Shown here: one piece after another, positions 1 to 8,621 of the stretch | Numbering within the stretch: the stretch's first letter is position 1 | Layout: every line of letters begins with the position of its first letter | DNA from: Candidatus Latescibacterota bacterium | GTDB taxonomy: Bacteria > Latescibacterota > UBA2968 > UBA8231 | Assembly (NCBI GenBank): GCA_965217585.1 | Contig: OZ244561.1 | Location: 96,001-160,000, forward strand | Length of the DNA stretch: 64,000 nucleotides | Direction of reading: 5' to 3' | Program-made: the position numbers and the translations under genes | Notes under the pieces: generated by a model | The model's database searches: none | Seen by the model: the letters and a program-made list of their open reading frames with translations, nothing else | What the model was told of the DNA's origin: nothing

Positions 1-4
1 TAGT

Positions 5-48
5 CTCCTTCCTCGTCTGACTGTAGCACGTTTGGGCTACAATGCCAA
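5..48 (-). promoter_or_regulatory. Putative sigma70 promoter, operator and RBS of a gene starting left of the window
   Basis: Minus strand TTGGCA-17bp-TACAGT; inverted repeat TGTAGC-N8-GCTACA (22-41) overlaps it; AAGGAG at 5-10. Confidence 0.5.
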
Positions 49-97
49 GAGGGTGCTCTACGGCAAGAGGGCGGTTGGCGGCTCTGAGTTCTAAGGA

Positions 98-152
98 CCA
101 GCGCCGCGCACGACACCGGGAAAAGCACCCAAAAACAGGGGGATCGAAACGG
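98..152. repeat. Isolated 55-bp copy of an internal segment of the GNAT gene (other copy 3629-3683)
   Basis: Direct comparison: 53/55 identical, same orientation. Confidence 0.9.
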
Positions 153-244
153 TGCGATCGCCACCCGGCCCGCCCGACGAGCAACCGCTTAATACAGGGG
201 CATGGTCAGGCCGTCAGGGCCAAGGCGGCGGCGAACCGGTCCGG

Positions 245-827
245 CTATGGGGCCGCCGCCGGCTCCGAAACCCCGGCGGTGACCGGCTCGAACTGCCGCG
301 CCACCACCCAATCCGGGCGCGGGCTCTCGACGCCGTGCAGCACGTTGTCGATCGCGGCAAACGCGTAGATCAGGCTGTAGCGCTTCGCCGGCGAGAAGTT
401 GTGGTGGGAGCCGTGCACGATCCGGCAGTCGAAGAAACAGACGTCGCCGGCGTCGCCCTCGATCGGAATGATCATCGCCTCGTCGGTGATGTGCTCGCGC
501 AGCGCCTCGGACGTGATGCACCACTGCTTGTAGCTGGTGGTGCCCTCATCGCTGTAGTGGTCCAGCACGCCCCAGCGATGCGATCCCTTTATCAGCATCA
601 GGCAGCCGTTGTCGCGCGTGTTCGGACCCAGCATCACCAGCGCGGAGGCCAAGCGATCGTCGACGCCGTCGTAGCACCAGTATCCGTAGTCCTGATGCCA
701 GAGCCAGACGGTGCCCTCGAAGGACTCCTTGTAGTTGAACTTGCTGTGGAAGATATAGGCGTTGCGCCCGAAGATCTGCTTGACCGGTGCGGCGATCGGC
801 TCGGAACGGCACAGCTCGCGGAATCCT
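245..827 (-). pseudogene. 5'-truncated phytanoyl-CoA dioxygenase/EctD-like Fe(II)-2OG dioxygenase
   Basis: WHQDYGYW, NGCL..KGSH and HGSHHN motifs; the N-terminus is replaced by an IS end at 828. Confidence 0.75.
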
Positions 828-1050
828 ACGTATAGGTAAAATAAAGCCCCCTTTTTGGGACTCTCTGTCAAGGCGCCGAACGCACGGGGCGGGCAAGGTC
901 CCTGATGATCATCTGCAGGTCCTTCGGCCGGGGTACCAGAGCCGCCAGCTTCTCCAGTAGTTCGAGGGGCGAGAGCAGGAGATGGCTCGTCCCATCCGAC
1001 CAGGGCGTTTTGAGCGCGAAGGAAAGGTGCTCGGGATCGAGGCGGCTTCG
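828..1050 (-). mobile_element. IS91/ISCR-family remnant: transposase C-terminal fragment plus oriIS-like end
   Basis: ORF 868..1113 contains LKTPWSDGTSHLLLSPLELLEKLAALVPRP, typical of IS91/ISCR Y2 transposases; ACGTATAGGTAAAATAAAGCCCCCTTTTT (828-856) lies downstream and resembles ISCR oriIS. Confidence 0.75.
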
Positions 1051-1146
1051 ATCATCGTGGCCAGATCCATCTTGAGCTCCTTTCCCGTGTTTATGCAACC
1101 TTATTGTTTTCAATCTGTTGCATGGTCGGGATTTGGAGCCTTTTTT

Positions 1147-1183
1147 AGAAGTTGCCCCGGTTTGGTTTAGTGGACAGTTTAGG
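1147..1183. mobile_element. Possible decayed IS3-family terminal inverted repeat
   Basis: GAAGTTGCCCCGGTTT(GGTTT)AGTGGACAGTTT resembles IS3-family ends as recalled; no partner end seen. Confidence 0.3.
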
Positions 1184-1305
1184 ACTCGATCCTCAACCAG
1201 AGCCGCGCGGCGTCTGGTCGTCGGACTTCAGGCGCAGTCGCTCAAATACGCACTTCGCAGCGGGGCAGAACGGACAACCGAACAACTGAAAGAGGCTACA
1301 TCGAC

Positions 1306-2562
1306 ATGAAAGTGGCAGCAGTTGAACTGACGCACCTCGATCTGCCGTTTACCGTGCACAGCGACAAACACCTGCGATACTGGATTCCGGCGTGGCGCAT
1401 CATTCAGATCTGTAAGCTCACCCTCGACAACGGCATTGTCGGTTGGGGAGAGACAATACCCCACGCCACCCATGCCCGGATACCGGCCGACATCGAGGAT
1501 CGCATCGTCGGCCAAGAGGCAGCCAGCCTGCTATGGCACGACGATCTCGGCGCCGGGCTGCAGCTGGCGCTGTTCGACGCGGTGGGAAAACACGAAAACG
1601 TCTCGGCGTGCGACCTGCTCGGGAAGAAGCTGAGAGACTGGTGTCCGATTTCGTGGTGGGCCTGCGACATGGGCCCGGAGGACTGGGCCGAGCAGTGCCA
1701 GGATGCCGTCAGTCGAGGATACATGTCGGCTAAATTCAAATCGCGTCCCTGGCAGGACCTTCACGCCTGCCTCGACGCCGGCATTCGCGTCGTGCCACCA
1801 CAGTTCAGATTCGACCTCGACTTCAATGGTCACCTGGTCAACTCGGCCAACGCAATTTCGTTCTTGAAGTCGCTCGAACAGTACGAGCAGGTGGCCATGA
1901 TCGAAACCCCGATTCCGCAGCGAGACATCGCCGGCAACGTACAGATACGCGGGCGCATCAATCGGCCCCTCGCCATGCACTTCGACGACCCACCGATCGC
2001 CACCGCCCTGCGCGAAGACGTCACGGACGGTCTGATCATCGGCGGCGGTGCCGCACGGATACTGGAACAGGACGCCATCCTCAGGGCCGCCAACAAGCCA
2101 TTCTGGCTGCAACTGGTGGGAACGGGCATCACCACAACGTGGGCCGCCCACGTCGCGGCGGTGTGCACACAGGCCCGATGGCCGGCTATCACCTGCATGA
2201 ACATCTATGAGTCGCAGCTCATAGCGCGTCCGATCGAGGTACGTGGTGGGTACTACAGAATTCCCGAAGGGCCGGGGCTCGGTATTGAAGTCGCCGTGTC
2301 GGCCTTGAAGAAGTACGAGGTAGATTACACGGATATAGATCACGTTCGCCACATCTACAAATACGAGCGGACCTGCGGTGAGATTGTCTATATCGCCGGT
2401 TACCGAAGCGCCTTTCACGGACGCTACACGGCGGCGGCGCTACCGATCTGCGAGTGCGGATCGACGCTCGACATTATCGACGACGACGGCAGCCGCAAGT
2501 TCTCCCAGTTCTACGACGAAGTAGAAGGCAAGGGGCTCCTCTTTAAAAAATCAAAAGGGTAG
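1306..2562 (+). CDS. Mandelate racemase/muconate lactonizing enzyme (enolase superfamily)
   Basis: 418 aa; DNGIVGWGET, KFK, DFN and ETP motifs. Confidence 0.85.
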   Translation: MKVAAVELTHLDLPFTVHSDKHLRYWIPAWRIIQICKLTLDNGIVGWGETIPHATHARIPADIEDRIVGQEAASLLWHDDLGAGLQLALFDAVGKHENVSACDLLGKKLRDWCPISWWACDMGPEDWAEQCQDAVSRGYMSAKFKSRPWQDLHACLDAGIRVVPPQFRFDLDFNGHLVNSANAISFLKSLEQYEQVAMIETPIPQRDIAGNVQIRGRINRPLAMHFDDPPIATALREDVTDGLIIGGGAARILEQDAILRAANKPFWLQLVGTGITTTWAAHVAAVCTQARWPAITCMNIYESQLIARPIEVRGGYYRIPEGPGLGIEVAVSALKKYEVDYTDIDHVRHIYKYERTCGEIVYIAGYRSAFHGRYTAAALPICECGSTLDIIDDDGSRKFSQFYDEVEGKGLLFKKSKG

Positions 2563-2848
2563 AAATCCGACCGATCTTTAGTAAAGGGAAACGGCCGGCG
2601 GTCGTCGCCAGGCTGGGATGGAACAAGGCCAACACCAAGGCCATCGAACGCTTTAACTTGACCGACCGAATGCGCAACGCGCGAAAGAGGCGTAGGACGG
2701 GTTCAGTGTCATAGCGTAGCTTTATCCCATGTTCATTTAACGTCTCACGGTTTGCGATCCCGCGCAGCGGGTTGCCGCAGTGCAAACCGATATGTTATGT
2801 GATATGTCTCAGCAACTCAGTCTCCATCCATTTCCATAGGAGCCCATC

Positions 2849-3187
2849 CTACATTAACCGATCGGCCAACGCCTGTAATTGCCCCTCGTCAGCACTCGGC
2901 CCGGCCAACGCGATCTCCGCATTCCCCTCGCCTTTTATTACAACCGCAACCTGCTTCGACCGCACGCCCTCGACCACGATCTCCCGCGCCGCCGCTCGCG
3001 CCTTCGCCTCGACGCCGCTGCCGATAAAAACCTTCGCCGAAACCTCGCCCATCGAATCCTTGCGCACCCCCTTTTCAAAATACTTTCGCTTCTTTCGCTC
3101 GGCGCTCCGTTTGATCACCACGCCCGCCACCCCTTCCAACACCATCAGCAAATCATCCGTATCCCGACCCGACAAATAGAGTATCAT
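2849..3187 (-). CDS. Hypothetical protein (112 aa)
   Basis: ATG overlaps the GNAT stop (TGATG), suggesting translational coupling; real start is shorter than the track ORF. Confidence 0.6.
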   Translation of the reverse strand: MILYLSGRDTDDLLMVLEGVAGVVIKRSAERKKRKYFEKGVRKDSMGEVSAKVFIGSGVEAKARAAAREIVVEGVRSKQVAVVIKGEGNAEIALAGPSADEGQLQALADRLM

Positions 3188-4218
3188 CAGTGCACCACCG
3201 ATCCGTCGGCGTAAAAACTCCCCTTGTTTTCCCACACCTCGACATCCACCCAACCCGTTTGCGCCCGGTCGGCAACCCGCTGACTTAAAGTAGCGCCGCA
3301 ACGGAAGCCCGCCGCATTCAGGGCGGTGGCTTTGGGATGCAAACCAGCGTCGCAATAGGCCAAGCAGGTGTGGCTCGCCGGTATCTCTAGCGCCTGGAGC
3401 AAGGCGGCCCCCTCGTCCCAAAAGGCCGGATGGCAATACAGATCTACCAAGCAGGCGTCAGGCCATAGCGGATGGTCGGACCACATGGCCCAACCCACCA
3501 CGGCGCGAGTCTCTTGTTGCACCAGAGCCAGCGCGCGGGGCGGAAGGTCGCTTGCGTCACGCTCCAAGCCGTCCTGCAGCAAAGGCAGCAAAGGCCCTTC
3601 GGTGGAGCGGCGACCCCACACACCCAAGCCAGCGCCGCGCACAACGCCGGGAAAAGCACCCAAAAACAGGGGGATCGAAACGGGCCAATGGAGCCAACCA
3701 ACCGGTTCTACGGCCGTGGAGCCCAGGGCGAAATACGCTCTATCGAATTCGTCTTGCGAGGTGCTGTAATAGTCCATATAACCACTTTCAGGCTCGACTC
3801 CGGCAAAGCCGTTGACCCGATAAATGTGATAGGGCGGCGTATCGTAGCCCGTGCCCAAGAACAGGGCTTGGCCGCCGCGCTGCCTAAAGTGCTCCATGAG
3901 GCAGGCCATTAGCTGCATGGCAGCGCCTTGGCGACGGTCTTCGGGGCGGGTGTACACGTGGCCGAGCAACCCCACGCCTCGGTACTCAATAGTCATCATA
4001 TTGGCAAAGGGATCGCCATCGCGGTGCAGCAGGTAAAAGAAGACGTCGAGGCCGGTCTGAGTGCGCAGCACCTGTTGGTTGCCCCAACGCCAAGACGGAC
4101 CTTTGTGGCTCAAAAGGGTTTCGACGCGCTCGGCCCAGTCGAGATCGGGGCCTTGCACGACGCCGGCTTGTATAGCTTCACCGGATTTGAGCGTGATTCG
4201 GTCTAACTGTCGGTACAT
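3187..4218 (-). CDS. GNAT family N-acetyltransferase
   Basis: 343 aa; HVYTRPEDRRQGAA acetyl-CoA motif A. Confidence 0.8.
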   Translation of the reverse strand: MYRQLDRITLKSGEAIQAGVVQGPDLDWAERVETLLSHKGPSWRWGNQQVLRTQTGLDVFFYLLHRDGDPFANMMTIEYRGVGLLGHVYTRPEDRRQGAAMQLMACLMEHFRQRGGQALFLGTGYDTPPYHIYRVNGFAGVEPESGYMDYYSTSQDEFDRAYFALGSTAVEPVGWLHWPVSIPLFLGAFPGVVRGAGLGVWGRRSTEGPLLPLLQDGLERDASDLPPRALALVQQETRAVVGWAMWSDHPLWPDACLVDLYCHPAFWDEGAALLQALEIPASHTCLAYCDAGLHPKATALNAAGFRCGATLSQRVADRAQTGWVDVEVWENKGSFYADGSVVH

Positions 4219-4292
4219 GTCAGGTCTTTGCCGCGCTTCCCGACTCTTTTCACGTCGCGCTTGAACTGCGTGGAGCGAACCGGGATCAGCAC
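4203..4292 (-). pseudogene. yafQ: Truncated YafQ toxin (N-terminal ~25 codons)
   Basis: GTG 1 nt after the dinJ stop reads MLIPVRSTQFKRDVKRVGKRGKDLT, then runs into the GNAT start and stops. Confidence 0.8.
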
Positions 4293-4293
4293 G

Positions 4294-4551
4294 TCAGATC
4301 TCGAGGTCTTGGAACAGTTCCTCGGCACTGCCGAAGCGCTTGCCCTTGCCCTCGTCCAATTCCTTCATCGCCTTGACAGTGGTAGCATTCGGTGCTTGGA
4401 CGGCAAAAGGCAGCCGCTTCTCATCCGCCACTCGCAGCAACAACAGGCGAATGGCATCGGACACCGACAAGCCCATAGCTTGCAATGCTTCCGCAGCTCG
4501 TGCTTTGGTCTCGCTATCAATCCGAGCGCGTACGACCGTATCGCGACTCAT
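4294..4551 (-). CDS. dinJ: RelB/DinJ family antitoxin
   Basis: 85 aa; VRARID..K..A...L..MGLSVSDAIRL and LPFAV.APNATT. Confidence 0.9.
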   Translation of the reverse strand: MSRDTVVRARIDSETKARAAEALQAMGLSVSDAIRLLLLRVADEKRLPFAVQAPNATTVKAMKELDEGKGKRFGSAEELFQDLEI

Positions 4552-4558
4552 CTGTATA

Positions 4559-4607
4559 TCCTCCTACTATGTAGCTCTAGTGTAGCTACAAAAGCTAGCC
4601 AAGTCAA
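4559..4607 (-). promoter_or_regulatory. dinJ promoter with palindromic operator
   Basis: TTGACT-17bp-TACACT; TGTAGC-N9-GCTACA (4570-4590) including perfect TGTAGCTACA; RBS AGGAGG. Confidence 0.7.
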
Positions 4608-4645
4608 AAAAATCCGGCGGCGGCCTAATTTATTCCTTGAATAAA

Positions 4646-5098
4646 TCAGCTTCCCGGTCGTTCATCCGATTCTCCGTTCTCCCCTTGCAGCACGGACGCC
4701 TCTGGTGAGAGCAGCAGCAATCCCGCCACGGATGCGAAGTGGCGGTCCATCGAGACCAGTCGCAAACCGTGCTCCATAGCCAGCGCCGCAATCCAGATGT
4801 CGTTCGTTGGAATTGGGGTTCCGGCTCTCCTCAACCCGTCGAGGATCTCAGCATAGAACTCGGCTGTATCCTCGCTGACGCCGCATATCGACACGCGCGG
4901 CGTATCGAGGAATTCGGCCAGTTCCTCGCGATTCTTGCGTTCCTGTGTCCCGCCCTTGAAGCCCGATAGCAGCTCCCCGATGCTGATCGAACTCAGCACG
5001 ATTCGCGAGGCTCGCCGAAGCAGGGAGACGACCGCCGGATCTGCGCGCATAGCGTGCGAGTAGATGTTGGTATCGATCAGGAACTCATTCACTGCCAT
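4646..5098 (-). CDS. vapC: PIN-domain VapC toxin
   Basis: FLIDTNIY, IGEL, PIPTNDIWIAA and D.HF motifs. Confidence 0.9.
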   Translation of the reverse strand: MAVNEFLIDTNIYSHAMRADPAVVSLLRRASRIVLSSISIGELLSGFKGGTQERKNREELAEFLDTPRVSICGVSEDTAEFYAEILDGLRRAGTPIPTNDIWIAALAMEHGLRLVSMDRHFASVAGLLLLSPEASVLQGENGESDERPGS

Positions 5099-5361
5099 AG
5101 TTCCGGATCGATGCGCCGCGCGGAATCGATCTTCTGCTGAATCTGGGTGAACTCATCCTCGTCCCAGCGTCCGAATAGATGGTCCAAGTCGTGATGGACC
5201 TCGGTGAACCGACGGGATTTGTCCAATCCGAACTGCTTGCGCAGGGCGTCCAGCGCCGTCTGGTTCACGCTCTTTCCTTCCCGCTCGGCCACCTCCCTCA
5301 ACTTGGCGGCAAGCTGGGGATCTAGCCCACGTAGGGTCATACTCTTCAGAACATCCGCCAA
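5089..5361 (-). CDS. FitA-like ribbon-helix-helix antitoxin (VapB partner)
   Basis: MTLRGLDPQL...L...A..EGKSVNQ; overlaps the vapC start. Confidence 0.8.
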   Translation of the reverse strand: MADVLKSMTLRGLDPQLAAKLREVAEREGKSVNQTALDALRKQFGLDKSRRFTEVHHDLDHLFGRWDEDEFTQIQQKIDSARRIDPELWQ

Positions 5362-5400
5362 GATGCACCTCCTTGAAATGCAACGAATACGTGATATCTA

Positions 5401-5438
5401 TATGATCTCATCATATGAGATCATACTTAGCTAGTCAA
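5401..5438 (-). promoter_or_regulatory. vapBC promoter with 10-bp-arm palindromic operator
   Basis: TTGACT-17bp-TATGAT; TATGATCTCA-N5-TGAGATCATA (5401-5425). Confidence 0.7.
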
Positions 5439-5483
5439 GCGTTCTCCCACACCTAGTAAACCAAGAGCCAGTCCGGCTCGGTC

Positions 5484-5519
5484 GCAAGCTCAACGTGCGG
5501 CTCGGACAAACTTGCGTCA
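5484..5519 (+). repeat. Degenerate copy of a hicB 3' segment (6012-6048)
   Basis: GCAAGCTCAA(C/T)GTGCGGCTCGG matches 21/22, extending with a gap to ACTTGC.TCA. Confidence 0.75.
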
Positions 5520-5540
5520 TGGTACTTCGTTTGGTACCAT
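5512..5540 (+). promoter_or_regulatory. hicAB promoter/operator
   Basis: TTGCGT-17bp-TACCAT; ATGGTAC-N8-GTACCAT (5519-5540). Confidence 0.6.
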
Positions 5541-5549
5541 TAAATCGTC

Positions 5550-5804
5550 ATGCGAGCAAAGCATCAGCGCACGCTGGAGAGTGTGCTCAAGAAGCCAACG
5601 CCAGCAGGTATCCGGTGGACGGACATCGCCGCCATGCTGAAGGCAGCAGGCGTAGAGGTATCTCAGCGTTCGGGATCGCGCATTCTTCTGAAGAAGGGAG
5701 CAGAACGAATGGTAGTTCACCGGCCCCATCCAGAGCCAGAGGCTGGGAAAGCGACAGTGCGTGCCATCGCCGCGTTCCTCAAAGCCGTAGGAGTCAAGCC
5801 ATGA
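5550..5804 (+). CDS. hicA: HicA family toxin
   Basis: 84 aa; IRWTDI, SGSR and HRPHP motifs. Confidence 0.85.
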   Translation: MRAKHQRTLESVLKKPTPAGIRWTDIAAMLKAAGVEVSQRSGSRILLKKGAERMVVHRPHPEPEAGKATVRAIAAFLKAVGVKP

Positions 5805-6133
5805 TGAAATACAAGGGATACGCCGCTGAGGTCGAATTCGACGATTCCGTGGGCCGTCTTCACGGACGAGTCGTCAACAGCGGTGCTTATCCGATTGCCA
5901 CCTTTGAAGCAACCGACGTCGAGGGGATTCGGCGCGAGTTCCACCGCTCCATCGACGAGTATCTCAAGTCCTGTGCGGAAGACGGCATTGAGCCTCGGAA
6001 GCCTTTCTCAGGCAAGCTCAATGTGCGGCTCGGGCCAGACTTGCATCAGCGCGTTGCGCGCTCGGCGGCAGAGAGCGGCCTGAGCTTGAATGGCTATATC
6101 ATGCAAGCACTGGAGAAGAGCGTGTCCGAGTAA
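5801..6133 (+). CDS. hicB: HicB family antitoxin
   Basis: MKYKGY.A.VEFD...FSGKLNVR with RHH tail; ATGA overlap with hicA. Confidence 0.9.
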   Translation: MMKYKGYAAEVEFDDSVGRLHGRVVNSGAYPIATFEATDVEGIRREFHRSIDEYLKSCAEDGIEPRKPFSGKLNVRLGPDLHQRVARSAAESGLSLNGYIMQALEKSVSE

Positions 6134-6147
6134 CCCTGTCAACATTA

Positions 6148-7113
6148 CTAACCTCCGACTCGCCCGCCATACAGATCCCGCACCCGGCTCACTACCACAG
6201 CCAACAGGATAATCGACCCCAAAAACGCCTGCTCGTAATAGACGTTGGCCTCCAGCATCACCAAGCCGTTCTTGATGAGGACGATGATGACCGCCCCCAG
6301 TAAAAGGCCCAGCGCCGAGATGCGCCCTCCGGCCAGCCCAGTCCCGCCGACAATAGCCACCGCAAAGCTAGTGATCAGCCAGTCCTTACCCGTCGCCGGT
6401 TGCGCCGAGCCCATCCGCGAGACCCACAACACCGCGGCCAGCGCACCCACTCCGCCCGACAGCACGTGCGACAGCAAAATCATCCGGTCGGTATTGATCC
6501 CCGCCAGCCGCGCCGCCTCCTGATTCCCCCCGGTCGCCAACAACCGCCGCCCAAAGACCGTATGCCGGAATGCGTAGTGCGTCGCCAGCAGCACCAGCCC
6601 CATCGCCCAGAACAAATTCGACAGTCCCAAAAACTTCTGTCGTCCCAAGAAAGTGAATTCCCGAGGGATGTCCGTGTAGGCGTAGCCTTCGGAAAACCCA
6701 TGCACCAGCCCTGTAAAGACAAAAAGCGTCGCCAGCGTGGCGATAAAGGAATTGATCTGCAACCGCGTGATGATGACCCCATTGACCCACCCGGCCACGC
6801 CGCCAATCCCCAGCGCCACCAGCGCCGCTAACCACCCCGGCAAACCCAACACCTGGATACAGTACCCAGTGGTGATGGTCGCCAAGCCGCCGACGGCTCC
6901 CACGGATAGATTCATCCCCCCAGCAACCAGCACCACCGCCTGAGCCAGCGCCACCAACACCGAAAACGCGACGATCCGGGAGATATTGAAGAGGTTGTAC
7001 GCCGACAGAAAGCTCTCCGAGCTGAGCGCACATCCCACAAACAGCAACCCCGCCGACAAGGCAATTCCGGCATCGTTGTGCCGCATGAGTTTGCGTAAGC
7101 GTTCCATAGTCAA
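6148..7113 (-). CDS. Sugar ABC transporter permease (RbsC-like)
   Basis: GGMNLSVG and GGNQEAARLAGI motifs; hydrophobic. Confidence 0.9.
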   Translation of the reverse strand: MTMERLRKLMRHNDAGIALSAGLLFVGCALSSESFLSAYNLFNISRIVAFSVLVALAQAVVLVAGGMNLSVGAVGGLATITTGYCIQVLGLPGWLAALVALGIGGVAGWVNGVIITRLQINSFIATLATLFVFTGLVHGFSEGYAYTDIPREFTFLGRQKFLGLSNLFWAMGLVLLATHYAFRHTVFGRRLLATGGNQEAARLAGINTDRMILLSHVLSGGVGALAAVLWVSRMGSAQPATGKDWLITSFAVAIVGGTGLAGGRISALGLLLGAVIIVLIKNGLVMLEANVYYEQAFLGSIILLAVVVSRVRDLYGGRVGG

Positions 7114-8618
7114 TTCAGATGAAGGCCGATACGACGGCTTATCTCGTCGTAGCTCAACCCCCGCTCGTGGATCTCGGCGATCTCGTGGACGATCTGCTTG
7201 TCCTTAAAGACGAGTATCCGCCCCGCCAAGCTGATGATCTCCGGCATGTCCGACGAGATCAAAATGATGGCCTTGCCTTCTTTGGCCGCCAAGTCCCACA
7301 GCAAGTGGTGGATCTGCGCCTTGGCTTGGATATCCACCCCGACGGTCGGCTCATCGACGATCAGGATATCGCACTCGGCCGCCAGCCACTTGCCCAAGCT
7401 AACTTTCTGCTGATTGCCGCCGCTGAGGTTGGCTACCTCCTGCTCCAAACCCGTCGTGCGGATATCCAGCGCCACAACCAACTCCTGCGCGGCTTTAGTC
7501 TCCGCCCGGTCGTCAATCCGGCGGGTGAACTTGCCGACGATCCGCTCCCATATCGTAATGCCGAGATTGGTCCGCACGGCTGAGTCCAGCAGCAGGCCCT
7601 CTTCTTTGCGGTTTTCGGTTACGTAGCCCATGCTGTATTTGTCCAGGCTGTCGGCGACCGAGCCGATCCGCGCTTTGGCTCCGTTGATATAGACGGCCCC
7701 GCGCTCGGCCTGCTCGACCCCCACCAGCAGCCGCGCCAGCTCGGTGCGCCCGGCCCCCACCAAGCCATACAAACCCAAAATCTCGCCAGCGTAGAGCGAA
7801 AAACTCACTTCGTGCGCCCGGTCCGGTGCGTACAGCCCCTCGACCCTGAGCACCTCCCGCGCCCGATCCACTGCTGGCATACCAAACGAAGTCGTCTCCG
7901 CACGCCGGCCGATCATCATCTCAATAAGCTCGGCGCGCGGCAATCCGGCCAACTCCCTCGTGCCCACGTGCCGCCCGTCCCGCAACACGCTGACTTGGTC
8001 GGCGATCTGATAGACCTCGTCGAACTTGTGCGAGACAAAGACGATGGCCACGCCCGCCTCCTGCAACTGGCGCAAAATGCCAAAGAGCCGGGCCGCTTCG
8101 TGCTCGGTGAGCGACGACGTCGGCTCGTCTAATAGCAGGACTTGCGCCTCGGCCGACAGCACCCGGGCGATCTGCACGAGCTGCTTGTGCGCCGCGCTTA
8201 AATCGCCAATGGGAGCTTGCGGGTCAACGTCCAGCCCGATCCGCGCCATCGCAGCCCGTGCTTGGTCGTCGAGCCGTGGCCAGTCGAGGTGGCCCCACCG
8301 GCTGAAGGCGTCGAGCTTGTCGAGCATGATGTTCTCGGCGACGCTGGCCTCAGCCACCACTTGGATCTCCTGGTGGACGAGACCAATGCCGCGGTCGAGG
8401 CAGTCGCGACAGTTGCGCACGCGCAGCGGCGCGCCGTCGAAGAGCATCCGTCCGGCGTCGGGCTGGTATATTCCGGTGACAATTTTGAGCAGGGTGCTCT
8501 TGCCAGCGCCGTTTTCGCCGACCAAGGCGTGGATCTGGCCCGGCTGGAACGAGAGCGACACGTCGTCCAGTGCCCGGACGCCGGGGAAGCGCTTGCTGAT
8601 CGATTGTAGTTCGAGCAC
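7110..8618 (-). CDS. Sugar ABC transporter ATP-binding protein (RbsA/MglA-like)
   Basis: GENGAGKST, LLLDEPT and LSGGNQQK; tandem ATPase domains. Confidence 0.95.
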   Translation of the reverse strand: MLELQSISKRFPGVRALDDVSLSFQPGQIHALVGENGAGKSTLLKIVTGIYQPDAGRMLFDGAPLRVRNCRDCLDRGIGLVHQEIQVVAEASVAENIMLDKLDAFSRWGHLDWPRLDDQARAAMARIGLDVDPQAPIGDLSAAHKQLVQIARVLSAEAQVLLLDEPTSSLTEHEAARLFGILRQLQEAGVAIVFVSHKFDEVYQIADQVSVLRDGRHVGTRELAGLPRAELIEMMIGRRAETTSFGMPAVDRAREVLRVEGLYAPDRAHEVSFSLYAGEILGLYGLVGAGRTELARLLVGVEQAERGAVYINGAKARIGSVADSLDKYSMGYVTENRKEEGLLLDSAVRTNLGITIWERIVGKFTRRIDDRAETKAAQELVVALDIRTTGLEQEVANLSGGNQQKVSLGKWLAAECDILIVDEPTVGVDIQAKAQIHHLLWDLAAKEGKAIILISSDMPEIISLAGRILVFKDKQIVHEIAEIHERGLSYDEISRRIGLHLN

Positions 8619-8621
8619 GGA

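Noticed and set aside
2543-2830. Possible DUF433-like remnant (METELLRHIT*HIGLHCGNP) or 80-aa ORF
   Set aside because: Similarity too weak to support by eye
5071-5132. Avoidance of ATCGAT as support for the predicted RM specificity
   Set aside because: Sites are readily found (three within 5071-5132); no depletion evident without counting
5495-5800. Long N-terminal extensions of track ORFs (hicB 5495, 9605, 15443, 17311, 48008, 57649)
   Set aside because: They overlap other genes or regulatory elements or precede clear signal peptides; downstream starts fit better
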